Notes under the pieces: generated by a model
Database searches by the model: none
Told to the model about the DNA's origin: nothing
Seen by the model: only the letters and a program-made list of their open reading frames with translations
Part shown: in pieces, positions 38,579 to 47,865 of the stretch
Numbering within the stretch: the stretch's first letter is position 1
Layout: each line of letters begins with the position of its first letter
Position numbers and translations under genes: made by a program
Source: Pseudomonas aeruginosa PAO1
GTDB lineage: Bacteria > Pseudomonadota > Gammaproteobacteria > Pseudomonadales > Pseudomonadaceae
Length of the DNA: 64,000 nucleotides
Assembly (NCBI RefSeq): GCF_000006765.1
Contig: NC_002516.2
Direction: 5' to 3' (one strand)

Positions 38579-39535
38579 TCAGGTAAAAATACGTCGCCAG
38601 GTCTTCTCCAGCCATCCGGGACGCTCCGGCTCGCGCAACGCGGGCCGCATGGCCTCGACGATACTCTGACCGACAGCGGCGAAGCTGAATCGTTCGATGG
38701 CCAGCGCCTGGCCGCTTCGCGCGATCCGCTCGGCGAGAGCCGTATCGAGGCGCAGGATCGCGAGCTTTTCCTGGATGTCCGCCACCGAGCGATACAGCAC
38801 GATATTCTCCATGTCCCGGAAACCCAAGGCCTCGTTTTCCCGCTCGCCCTGGTCGTAGGCCAGCAGTACGCAACCGCAGGCCATCGCCTCGAAATTCTTG
38901 ATCATGTATTCGCCCATGCCGACATCCGCGCTGACGAAGAAACGGATGCGGTTGAGCGTACGCAGGTACTCCTCGCCGGACTTGGTCTTGGTCACCAGCA
39001 GGTTCTCCACTCCGCCCAACTCGTCGAGCAGCGCCTTGCGTCCACTGTAAGCCACGCTGCCGGTACTGCCGACGAAGCCCAGCTCGATATCGCGCGCCAG
39101 GCCCAGGTCATGCAACAGGGTCTGGTCGTAGCCCTTGGGCACGAATACCGCGTCGAATCCCTCCTGGCGCAGGCGTTCGCTGACCGTATGGCCCGAACTG
39201 ATCACCCGTGCCCAGGGCAGGCGCCGGTAATGGGCGCTGAACTTGCCGGTGTACTTGCAGGGAATGTAGTTCTGGTAGGCATCGTGCTCGAGGATCACCA
39301 GGTTGGGCACGCTGCGGATGAAGCGGACCTGGCGCATTTCCTTCTTGAAACGGAGGAAGAACAGGATGCGGTCGTAGCGCGAGACATCCACGTGCTTGCG
39401 GAAGTAGCCGCGCAGGTCGGCCTGCTCCTCGCTGCTCAGCCAGCGGGTATCGCACTCGCAATGGGCGGCGATGCCGTCGTACAGGCGATCCAGGATCGCG
39501 CGCTGCTCTTTCTGGACCAGAAACAGAACTTTCAT
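38579..39535 (-). CDS. ssg: Glycosyltransferase (CgeB-like C-terminal domain), 318 aa from MKVLFL
   Basis: FVPKGYD, FVGS, KNFEAMACGCVL nucleotide-sugar-binding motif. Confidence 0.8.
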   Translation of the reverse strand: MKVLFLVQKEQRAILDRLYDGIAAHCECDTRWLSSEEQADLRGYFRKHVDVSRYDRILFFLRFKKEMRQVRFIRSVPNLVILEHDAYQNYIPCKYTGKFSAHYRRLPWARVISSGHTVSERLRQEGFDAVFVPKGYDQTLLHDLGLARDIELGFVGSTGSVAYSGRKALLDELGGVENLLVTKTKSGEEYLRTLNRIRFFVSADVGMGEYMIKNFEAMACGCVLLAYDQGERENEALGFRDMENIVLYRSVADIQEKLAILRLDTALAERIARSGQALAIERFSFAAVGQSIVEAMRPALREPERPGWLEKTWRRIFT

Positions 39536-39607
39536 CAGACCTTCATCCTCGCGGCTTCTCCGAAGCAGCATGGCGGCTCGAACCTTGCCGAACGCTCGAC
39601 CCAAGCA

Positions 39608-41026
39608 TCACGCCTCCCCATCCAGCGACTCCACCCAGAACAACTCGTGCCGACGCACCGCCTTGCGCATGAACTCGTCCTCGCCGTAAGCCGGCCAGCG
39701 ACGCCCGGCGAGCCAGCCCTGCAGACGGCGGCGCAGACGGCGCTTGAACGGCGGCCTGGGTTGCAGGTCGTGCATCATGCCCAAGGCCATGGCCTTGTCC
39801 ACCTGGCGCGTGCGCTCCAGCGCCAGCGTCCATGGCAGCAACGGCGAGCATTCTTCGGTCAGCGGTGGCAGGCTGACCCCCATGTGCGCATCGCCCATCG
39901 GCCAGCGATCGTTGTCGTGCAGGTGATTGGCATAGTGCAACAATGCCTGCGGCTGCCAGTCCAGGCCCTGGAGCGCCTCGCGCACAGCCTCCTGGGCGCG
40001 GACATGGTCCGGGTGCGGATCGAAATGCGGATGAGGCAGGACGATGACCTCGGGACGTGCCAGCAGGATCAGCTCGCGGAGATCGGCCAGCAGATTGTTC
40101 CAGGTCGACAGGCCATCGGCATCGCTGGCCAGGCGCAGGCGGTTGAACTGGCGGAACGGACGGATATCGGCGAGATCGGCCTCACGGGACGGCACCACCT
40201 CGCCCGGGTTCGCCTGCATGGCAGGCAATTGCAGGCAGAAATAACCCAGTTGCACGCAGCGCTCGGCCGGCACCCCACCCCACGTCGGCACGGCCTGGCT
40301 ATCCCAGGCGCGCAGGCGGCCCTTCAGGCGCGCCGCAGCTATTCCGTCGAGGCCCATGCGGCGGTAATGCTCGGTTTCGATCTCGCCGGCGGTCAGGGTC
40401 ACGATCCAGGCCTCGCGAGCCTGGCTGTAGAGGCCGAAGGCGGCCAGCTCGGCGTCGTCGGCATGCGGAGCGATGACCATCACCCGCCGATCACGGTAGT
40501 CGGGATGGCGCGCACGCCACAGGGTCGGTTCGCCGACCAGCCGGCAATGCCGGCCGCGCAGGCGAATCCGGCCCTCGCCCAGCGGCCCGGCCAGTCCCGT
40601 CAGGTTCAGGTAGCGCAAGCCGTTCACCCCACGTTCGAAAGCCTGGGCATCGGCCTCCGCGCCACCTTCCAGCAGCACCGAGGGTTCGAGGAAGCGCCCC
40701 AGCCAGCCAGCGCGCACGCCGATGCCAAGCACCAGCGTATCGCCTTCGCGCAGCTCACCGTCGACTCGCAGACGGCCATCCGCCAGGCGTACCGGCAGCG
40801 ACTCGACCCCTTCCGCGAAACGGTAGCGGTAGTCCTCGCCCGGCGAATAGAACAGGTGATCGGCGAACCAGGCTTCGTGGGCGACCCACAGGGCCACGAG
40901 GAGGATCGGCAACAACCAGGGGCTGACCAGCAGACCGACGGCCAGCAATGCCAGCAGCGCAACCAGTAGGCCGATCCGCTTGTTGCGTCGATGACGCTTG
41001 AGCAACTGCTGCTTGCGTGCGCTCAT
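39608..41026 (-). CDS. dnpA: PIG-L/LmbE-family de-N-acetylase with N-terminal TM anchor
   Basis: APHADDAEL (HxDD) and PHPDH metal/catalytic motifs, LTAGE. Confidence 0.88.
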   Translation of the reverse strand: MSARKQQLLKRHRRNKRIGLLVALLALLAVGLLVSPWLLPILLVALWVAHEAWFADHLFYSPGEDYRYRFAEGVESLPVRLADGRLRVDGELREGDTLVLGIGVRAGWLGRFLEPSVLLEGGAEADAQAFERGVNGLRYLNLTGLAGPLGEGRIRLRGRHCRLVGEPTLWRARHPDYRDRRVMVIAPHADDAELAAFGLYSQAREAWIVTLTAGEIETEHYRRMGLDGIAAARLKGRLRAWDSQAVPTWGGVPAERCVQLGYFCLQLPAMQANPGEVVPSREADLADIRPFRQFNRLRLASDADGLSTWNNLLADLRELILLARPEVIVLPHPHFDPHPDHVRAQEAVREALQGLDWQPQALLHYANHLHDNDRWPMGDAHMGVSLPPLTEECSPLLPWTLALERTRQVDKAMALGMMHDLQPRPPFKRRLRRRLQGWLAGRRWPAYGEDEFMRKAVRRHELFWVESLDGEA

Positions 41027-41029
41027 GCT

Positions 41030-41926
41030 TCAGACCTGGAAGACCGGAGAAGGATGGCACCAGCGATCCTTGTATTCGCGGTCGGCGCGACCGAACGAAT
41101 AGCGCAGGGGTTTGCCCAGCGCTCGCGCATCCTCCCAGGCGGCCTGGGTGTTCAGGTAACTGAGCACGCTGCCAGGGCTGAACTCGCGGGTCTGCGGATC
41201 GACGCCGCCGTTGATGTACTCGACGCTGAGCCAGCCCGGCGCTTCGGCGCGATACAGTACCTGGACCGCGATGGGCTGGTCGTTGAGCAGCAGGACCGAG
41301 CCGCGCAGCAATTCGCGCAGCCGCTCGAAGACCTCGGCCATGCGCTCCGCGCCGGTGGCAGGGAAACCCCAGCGACGCTGGAACAGTTCAAGATAGATGG
41401 CAGCGAACTCGGCCGGGGCGAAGCTGTCTGCCTGGCGCACCTGGCCACCGGCCTCCTCCACCAGGCGCACTTCGCGCCGCTGGTTATAGCGGAACTTCTT
41501 GGAGAAATCCTCGGGAGCACGAGCGAAAGCCAGTTGCTCGGTCTGAGGGCGCAGCGTGACGATGTTCCGCTCATGCAGCGCCGACAGGTAGCGTCCCGCA
41601 TGGCGGAGGGCGATGCGGGCATCGCCGGCCACCGGCAGGATCAGTTCGGCGTTGCCCAGGTCGTACAGGCCCTTCTTGCCGCGCCGCTTGAGCACGTCCT
41701 TGGACAACGCCAGGTGGCGGCCCCAGGTCGGGATCGCCGCAACCAGTTCGCCAGCGCTCTCCCAACCCAGGTAACGCACCGGGATTCCAGCCATTTCGGC
41801 GAGCTGCTCGACCACCAGCGGGTGGGTCGCGACGCTGCCGCCGAAACGCTGCCAGGCCTGGGCGTAGGTCGGCGCGTCCACTTCGCGCCAACCGCGTTCG
41901 CGGAAGGCGCGCAACCTGTTCAGCAT
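41030..41926 (-). CDS. Mig-14 family protein (GNAT/FemAB-like fold)
   Basis: FGGSVATHP, YNQRREVRLVEEAGG, INGGVDP..SPGSVLSYLN, YSFG..YKDRW. Confidence 0.8.
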   Translation of the reverse strand: MLNRLRAFRERGWREVDAPTYAQAWQRFGGSVATHPLVVEQLAEMAGIPVRYLGWESAGELVAAIPTWGRHLALSKDVLKRRGKKGLYDLGNAELILPVAGDARIALRHAGRYLSALHERNIVTLRPQTEQLAFARAPEDFSKKFRYNQRREVRLVEEAGGQVRQADSFAPAEFAAIYLELFQRRWGFPATGAERMAEVFERLRELLRGSVLLLNDQPIAVQVLYRAEAPGWLSVEYINGGVDPQTREFSPGSVLSYLNTQAAWEDARALGKPLRYSFGRADREYKDRWCHPSPVFQV

Positions 41927-43056
41927 GCAGACTCCGAAGCGAAGCCGGCAATCGTCGGCAGGCGCCAGAATTCGCGGCGCACCGCAGCGTCGGAGAAGCG
42001 TGTCTCCAGGCGCTCGAGCATGAGCCGCGCACAGGCCTCGCGCTGGCGGCGGTCAAGCGCCGCCAGGTGGGTCAGGCCCTCGGCCAGGGCCGTCTCGTCG
42101 CCCAGCGGGAAGAGGATGCCGACCCCTTCCACCACTTCGCGGGCGCCGCCACAGGCGGTGGCGATCAGCGGTACACCGGCAACCATGGCCTCCAGCAGGA
42201 CCATGCCGAACGGCTCGTGGTCGGAACTCAGGGCGAAGGCGTCGAACGCCTTGAAGTAGCGCCGTGCCTCTTCGACCTGGCCGAGGAACAGCACGCGCTC
42301 GCCGATACCCAGTTCGCAGGCCAGGTCCTTGAGCTGCTCTTCCAGGCGGCCGCTGCCGAGGATCGCCAGCAGGCTGTTCTGCGGCAGGCGCGGCAGCGCG
42401 GCGGCAAAGCCGCGCAGCAGGGTAGCCTGGTCCTTGTCCGGATGCAGGCGGCCGACGTTGCCGACCACCCAGGCCTCGTCGGGCAGGCGCAGTTGCCGGC
42501 GCGCACTCAGGCGCTCGACCTGCTCGGCCTGCAGCGCAGCGACGTCGATGCGGTTGTAGAGCGTCTCGATCCGCTCCGCCGGCCACTTCGGCAGGCAACG
42601 GCGGATATCGTCGCGCACCGCGTCGGACACCGCCAGCAGGCTCAGGCGCTTGCTCATCAGGCCGGCGAAGACCTTGCGCGACAACCGCTGGTAATCGCCG
42701 AAGGCGTGGTGCACGCCAACGATCGGCAGACGAGTGGCCAGGCTGGCGATCCAGATCGGCTTGAAGCGGTGCGCGATGCAGAAGCGGAAGTCGCGCGAAC
42801 GGGCGATCTCGCGCAAGTCGCGGATCGCCTTCAGCTTGAGGCCACGGATGTCCCTGGAGCCGTACTCGAGGAACAGTACCTCGTCGGAGGCGCAACGCGC
42901 CGCCACCTCAGGATCGGAACGCCCGGTGAGGAACACCGTGGTGACCTTGTACGGGGTTCCGGCGAACAGGCTGGCGTACTGACGGGCACAGTCGAGGAAA
43001 GGCCCGTCGTAGCCGTGACAGAACTGCAGGACGCGAGGTTCAGCCGACCGAGTCAT
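41920..43056 (-). CDS. wapH: GT4 glycosyltransferase (outer-core glucosyltransferase)
   Basis: VGRLHPDKD, SDHEPFGMVLLEAM GT-B motif; overlaps neighbours by 7 and 17 nt. Confidence 0.82.
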   Translation of the reverse strand: MTRSAEPRVLQFCHGYDGPFLDCARQYASLFAGTPYKVTTVFLTGRSDPEVAARCASDEVLFLEYGSRDIRGLKLKAIRDLREIARSRDFRFCIAHRFKPIWIASLATRLPIVGVHHAFGDYQRLSRKVFAGLMSKRLSLLAVSDAVRDDIRRCLPKWPAERIETLYNRIDVAALQAEQVERLSARRQLRLPDEAWVVGNVGRLHPDKDQATLLRGFAAALPRLPQNSLLAILGSGRLEEQLKDLACELGIGERVLFLGQVEEARRYFKAFDAFALSSDHEPFGMVLLEAMVAGVPLIATACGGAREVVEGVGILFPLGDETALAEGLTHLAALDRRQREACARLMLERLETRFSDAAVRREFWRLPTIAGFASESAC

Positions 43057-44797
43057 ACCAGTCCACGCCCTCCTTCACGACCAGGATGTCCTCCATGATC
43101 AGGTACTGCAGATCGGAGCCGAAGAACATGTTCAGGGCGTCGGTCGGCGAGCAGATCATCGGTTCGCCACGGCGATTGAGCGAAGTGTTCAGGGCCACGC
43201 CGTTGCCGGTGAGGTTCTCCAGTTCCTTCATCAGGTCGTAGTAGCGCGGGTTGTACTCGCGCTTCAGCACCTGGGCGCGGGAGGTACCGTCTTCGTGCAC
43301 CACTTCCGGCACTCGCTCCTTCCACTCTTCGTTGACTTCGAAGGTGAAGGTCATGAACGGGGCCGGGTGGTCGATCTTGAACATCTGCGGGCCGACGGTA
43401 TCCAGCATCGACGGGCAGAAGGGCCGCCAGCGCTCGCGGAACTTGATCTGCGCATTGATCCGGTCGGCCACGCCCGGCACGCTCGGGCAGCCGAGAATGG
43501 AGCGGCCACCGAGGGCACGCGGACCGAACTCCATGCGTCCCTGGAACCAGGCCACCGGGTTGCCGTCGGCAAGGATCCTGCCGATACGCCGGCTGCGGTT
43601 GTGGATCTTCTGCCACTGCGGCCTGGCCTCGTGACGGGCGCAGGCGGCGATGACGTCCTCGTTGGAATACTCCGGGCCGAGGTAGACGTGCTCCATCTTC
43701 TCCACCGGCACGCCGCGCTGGTGCGACACGTAGGCCGCCGCGCCGACCGCGGTGCCGGCGTCGCTGGCCGCCGGCTGGACGAACAGCTCCTTCACTTCGG
43801 GGCGCGAGATGATCTTCTGGTTGAGCTTGACGTTCAGCGCGCAGCCGCCGGCGAAAGCGACCTTGCCGGTCTCGCGGATGATATCGCCGAGGTAGTAGTC
43901 CATCATCTCCAGCGCGAGCTTCTCGAACAGCGCCTGGATGCTCGCGGCGTAATGGATGTAGGGATCGTCGGCGATGTCGCCTTCGCGCTTGGGCCCCAGC
44001 CACTCGATCAGCTTGGGCGAGAAGTAGTAGCCCTTGCCTTTCTCCTTGTAGCGGCGGAAGCCGATGACGTTGGCATAATCGGTGTTGATCACCAGTTCGC
44101 CGTTCTCGAACTTGGCGAGACGGGAGAAATCGTACTTGCTGGCGTCACCGTAGGGCGCCATGCCCATGACCTTGAACTCGCCGTCGAGCATGTCGAAGCC
44201 GAGGTACTCGGTGATCGCGCCGTACAGGCCGCCCAGCGAATCCGGATCGTAGAACTCCTTGATCTTGTGGATCCGACCGTTCTCGCCCCAGCCGAAGAAA
44301 GTGGTGGCGTATTCGCCCTTGCCGTCGATGCCGAGGATCGCGGTCTTTTCCTTGAACCCCGAGCAATGGTAGGCACTGGAGGCGTGGGCAAGGTGGTGCT
44401 CGACCGGCTGGATCTTGATTTTCTTCAGGTCGAAGCCGAGTTGCTGCAGGCACCACTCGATGCGCTTGTAGTAACGCTTGTAGCGGCGGTTGCCGAGCAG
44501 GATCGCATCCAGCGCGCGATCCGGCGCGTAGGCGTAGCGCTTGGCGTAGTGCCAGCGGGCCTTTTCCATGATGCTGATGGGAGCGAAGGGAATCGCCACC
44601 ACGTCGACATCGGCCGGCTCGATCCCTGCCTGCTCCAGGCAGAACTTCGCCGATTCGTAGGGCATGCGGTTCTTCGCGTGCTTGTCGCGCACGAAGCGCT
44701 CTTCCTCGACGGCCGCGACCAGCTTGCCGTCGATGTACAGGGCGGCGGACGGGTCATGGCTTACGGCGCCAGACAGGCCTAGGACGGTCAATGCCAC
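43040..44797 (-). CDS. CmcH/NodU-family carbamoyltransferase (candidate heptose II 7-O-carbamoyltransferase)
   Basis: HDPSAAL..EEERF, EHHLAHASSA, IDGKGE, KVMGMAPYG, AGGCALNVKLN, EFGPRALGGRS, RERWRPF, LNTSLN; GTG start. Confidence 0.9.
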   Translation of the reverse strand: MALTVLGLSGAVSHDPSAALYIDGKLVAAVEEERFVRDKHAKNRMPYESAKFCLEQAGIEPADVDVVAIPFAPISIMEKARWHYAKRYAYAPDRALDAILLGNRRYKRYYKRIEWCLQQLGFDLKKIKIQPVEHHLAHASSAYHCSGFKEKTAILGIDGKGEYATTFFGWGENGRIHKIKEFYDPDSLGGLYGAITEYLGFDMLDGEFKVMGMAPYGDASKYDFSRLAKFENGELVINTDYANVIGFRRYKEKGKGYYFSPKLIEWLGPKREGDIADDPYIHYAASIQALFEKLALEMMDYYLGDIIRETGKVAFAGGCALNVKLNQKIISRPEVKELFVQPAASDAGTAVGAAAYVSHQRGVPVEKMEHVYLGPEYSNEDVIAACARHEARPQWQKIHNRSRRIGRILADGNPVAWFQGRMEFGPRALGGRSILGCPSVPGVADRINAQIKFRERWRPFCPSMLDTVGPQMFKIDHPAPFMTFTFEVNEEWKERVPEVVHEDGTSRAQVLKREYNPRYYDLMKELENLTGNGVALNTSLNRRGEPMICSPTDALNMFFGSDLQYLIMEDILVVKEGVDWYDSVG

Positions 44798-44900
44798 GGT
44801 AGAACCTCTTCAAAGCAGCTCGCGGTTGCGGAGTGGGACCGACAACCGCGGCTTTCGTTTAACTCGTCGACCGCCGCAGGCGGTGGTCGTCGCTTGTCGT

Positions 44901-46379
44901 TCAAGCCCCGGCGGCGTCGCCGAGGCGGGGAATCCGTTGCTCCAGCAGCCGGTAGAGGCCGCTGTCCTGCGGCCAGTTGCGCAGGAAGCGCGCGCGGTCG
45001 CGGGCGTAGGCGCGGGCAAAGGACGCCTGGCTGTGATGCTTGCGCATCGCGTCCAGGTCGATCAGCGCCCATTCGCCGCCTTGTTCATGGGCCTGCCAGA
45101 ACAGGTTGTGTCCCTTCAGGTCGCCGTGGCTGATGCGTTCGCGGATCAACGTCGAAAACAGCCGATCCAGTGCCGCCAACTCGGCTTCCGGTGGCGAAAC
45201 GGCGCCATCGGGCATGTCCAGGCAAGGCTTAAAACGAGCGATTATATCCTGACCGCCGAGATAATCGGTAATCAGGTAGGCGCGCCCGCGCAGCCAGCAC
45301 CAGCGCCGCTCCAGCATCGCCAGCGGACGGGCGGTGGCGATGCCGAGGAATTCCAGGCGGTTGCCTTCGCGCCAGGAGGCCCAGGCCCGGCTCGGCCGCC
45401 AGAAGCGCTTCAGCCAATGGACCCAGCCCTTGATGTTGTAGCGCTTGATGATCAGCGTGCGGCCGTTCGCTTCGACCCGGGCGACGGTGGCCGCGCCGCC
45501 GTCCTTGTAGACGTGGCCGGCGGCGATCAGGCGGTCCGCGTCCGCCAGCAGGGGCGCCATCGTCTCGGCCTCGCTGCGGCGGGCGGCGAACAGGCGGAAC
45601 GGACCGCGCACGACGCTGAACAGGCTACAGTCGCGACCGACCTTTCTCAGCAGGTCGCGCACCCGCCAGCGGCGAACCTTGGCGATTTCCTTCTGCAAGG
45701 CTTCCAGCGGCAGCGCATGCTCGCCGTTGGCCAGCAGGTAATGCACCAGCAACTCCTCCAGGAAAGGATCGAGGAGCGCCGGCAACTGGGCGAAGAACAC
45801 CCCGAGGTTTTCCAGCACTTTCTGTCGCGACAGCGGCTGGCCGGGAGTTTCCGCACGCACGCCGCCACCGTCGATGAGATACAGGCGGCCGGCGTGGCGC
45901 AACAGGTTGTCCAGGTGCAGGTCGTCCTGCCAGAGGCCCTTTGCATGCAGCTCGCCAATGGCTGCCAGGGCTTCGCCGAGCACCGCTTGCTGGGCATCGC
46001 CCAGCGGCGCCTGGGCCTCCACCGCACGCCAGGCGTCACCGAGGCTCTGCGCCGCGTCGAGGTAGTCGAACAGCAACCAGCCGCCCTCGCCCTGCTGCAG
46101 CCCGTCGGCCAGCAGCGCCGGGGTGGTCAGCCCCTGGGCCGCGAGCAGACGCGCCCCTTCCAGTTCGCGCTGGAAATGCCGTGCGGCCTTGCCGCCCACC
46201 AGCAGCTTGGCCAGCACCTTGCGCCCACGCCATTCGCCGGCACCGACGTAGCGCTGCCCGGGCAGCACCCGCAGCAGACTGTCCAGGCGCAGTTCGGCAG
46301 CGCCGGCGCCATCCGCCAGGGTCACCCGCAATGGCAGTTGCGGCTGGCGCCCGGCGGCTTGCAGTTCGGCCAGTCTCAT
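44901..46379 (-). CDS. Tandem two-domain Kdo/WaaP-family sugar kinase (492 aa from MRLAEL)
   Basis: Two catalytic loops WQDDLHLDNLL..LIDG and HGDLKGHNL..LIDLD; ATGA overlap with the upstream gene. Confidence 0.82.
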   Translation of the reverse strand: MRLAELQAAGRQPQLPLRVTLADGAGAAELRLDSLLRVLPGQRYVGAGEWRGRKVLAKLLVGGKAARHFQRELEGARLLAAQGLTTPALLADGLQQGEGGWLLFDYLDAAQSLGDAWRAVEAQAPLGDAQQAVLGEALAAIGELHAKGLWQDDLHLDNLLRHAGRLYLIDGGGVRAETPGQPLSRQKVLENLGVFFAQLPALLDPFLEELLVHYLLANGEHALPLEALQKEIAKVRRWRVRDLLRKVGRDCSLFSVVRGPFRLFAARRSEAETMAPLLADADRLIAAGHVYKDGGAATVARVEANGRTLIIKRYNIKGWVHWLKRFWRPSRAWASWREGNRLEFLGIATARPLAMLERRWCWLRGRAYLITDYLGGQDIIARFKPCLDMPDGAVSPPEAELAALDRLFSTLIRERISHGDLKGHNLFWQAHEQGGEWALIDLDAMRKHHSQASFARAYARDRARFLRNWPQDSGLYRLLEQRIPRLGDAAGA

Positions 46380-47134
46380 CGGCGCGACTCCTTGCGCCGA
46401 CGGCGCTGGTCGAGAAGGCGATACCACTGCTCGACCTCGGCCGAGTCGAGGGGTTCGTCGACATAGGCGGAGATGAATTCGTGCACATCCGCTTCGCTCC
46501 AGTCCGGGGCACGGCGCAGCATCGGCTCCAGGTCCTTGACCTGGTCGCGGCGGCCGAACCAGATCGGGCGGGTCTTCTCCAGGTCGATCAGGCAGGCCTC
46601 GAAGACACCATCGGCCCCCTCGCGGAGGAATACATGCTTGGGATAGAAGCAACCATGCATCTGTCCGGCCGCGTGCAGCTGGCGCGCCAGCCTGCCAACC
46701 GCCCGGAGAATCGCCCGGCGCCGCTCTTCGGCCAGGTCGTGCCAGGACGCCAGCCAGGTGTCCAGGTCCTGCCAACCGTCCAGGGCGCGGGTCAGGAGGA
46801 TCGCCTGGCGCTCTCCGCCGACCGCCTGCTGGGCGAAGAACGCCGCCTGCAGGGCGGGAATGCCCAGCGCCCGGTAGCGCTCGATGTTGCGGAACTCGCG
46901 GGCGAAGGTCGGCTCGCCCAGCGGATGGCGCAGGCTGCGGGTCAGGTGGTTGCTCTGGCGCTTCAGGTAGTAGGCGGAGTCGCCCAGGTCGAGGCGGTAG
47001 ACGCTGCTCCAGCCACCCCGCTCGGTATTCGGTTCGTCCACGGCGTCCAGCTGCAAGGCCCACAGGGCGTCGAAGCTGTCCAGACGGTTGCGCTGGAGCA
47101 GGTCGTGGTCCTGCGCGGCGATGAAAACGCTCAT
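46376..47134 (-). CDS. wapQ: InaA/WaaP-family LPS kinase (252 aa from MSVFIA)
   Basis: YLKRQ, REFRNI, HGCFYPKHVF, LIDLEK; position in the waaP-wapP-wapQ run. Confidence 0.8.
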   Translation of the reverse strand: MSVFIAAQDHDLLQRNRLDSFDALWALQLDAVDEPNTERGGWSSVYRLDLGDSAYYLKRQSNHLTRSLRHPLGEPTFAREFRNIERYRALGIPALQAAFFAQQAVGGERQAILLTRALDGWQDLDTWLASWHDLAEERRRAILRAVGRLARQLHAAGQMHGCFYPKHVFLREGADGVFEACLIDLEKTRPIWFGRRDQVKDLEPMLRRAPDWSEADVHEFISAYVDEPLDSAEVEQWYRLLDQRRRRKESRR

Positions 47135-47865
47135 TCGCGCCCCTCGAAGAAAGCCACCACCTGGCGAATACGCTTCTTGTCGGATTCGTTCAGGTGCCGG
47201 CGACGGCGATATTGCAGGTAGAAGCGCAGGCGCTGGGTGCGCGACAGGTGGTACTTGGCCACCTTGTCCAGGCAGGCCAGGTCCTTGGTGATCCGATAGC
47301 GCAGCATGAAGCTCCACCAGAACGCGCCGTTCGGGCAGTCGATGAAATACACCAGCGGCTGGTCGTCCACCAGCAGGTTGCGCCACTTCAGGTCGTTATG
47401 GGTGAAATGCTGGTCATGCATCAGGCGCGTAGCCTTGGCGATCTGCCGGCTGACGCCGTCCACCCAGCGCGGGTCCTTCAGGCGCGGATCCCGGTTGCAG
47501 GCGAGCACCGACAAGTCCTCGGTGCCCGGCAGCTCGCGGGTGATCATGGCGCCGCGCTGGAAGGCGCCGGCCTTGCGCTCCAGCCCCCAGGCGACCACTT
47601 CGGCGGTGGGAATGCCCCACTTCTCGAAGCGCTTGAGGTTCTGCCACTCGGCCTTGATCCGCGGTCGCGCCAGGTAGCGGCGCAGGCCCTTGCCGGCGCT
47701 GCGGTAGCGCTTGACGTAGTAACGCACGCCGTCGCGCTCGATGCGGATGACTTCGGACAACGGGTCGCGGGTCAGGCGCTCGCCCTCCAGGGCGAACACG
47801 CTATCGAGGCTACCGAAGTCGGCGGCCAGGTGACGGTAATCGGGTTCGAGGGTCCACCCCGCCAT
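47131..47865 (-). CDS. wapP: LPS core heptose kinase
   Basis: YYVKRY, EWQNL, HNDLKWRNLL, FIDC, KDLACL. Confidence 0.85.
   Translation of the reverse strand: MAGWTLEPDYRHLAADFGSLDSVFALEGERLTRDPLSEVIRIERDGVRYYVKRYRSAGKGLRRYLARPRIKAEWQNLKRFEKWGIPTAEVVAWGLERKAGAFQRGAMITRELPGTEDLSVLACNRDPRLKDPRWVDGVSRQIAKATRLMHDQHFTHNDLKWRNLLVDDQPLVYFIDCPNGAFWWSFMLRYRITKDLACLDKVAKYHLSRTQRLRFYLQYRRRRHLNESDKKRIRQVVAFFEGRE

Noticed and set aside
43570-43610. Micro-inversion between GATC sites as the cause of the odd carbamoyltransferase patch
   Set aside because: Reverse-complementing the inner segment gives KILPIRRLRLWI, which fits the family even less
44821-44850. Hairpin CGCGGTTG...CAACCGCG upstream of the carbamoyltransferase start as a possible riboswitch
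   Set aside because: No known aptamer signature and only about 100 bp of intergenic space; more simply a processing or stability stem
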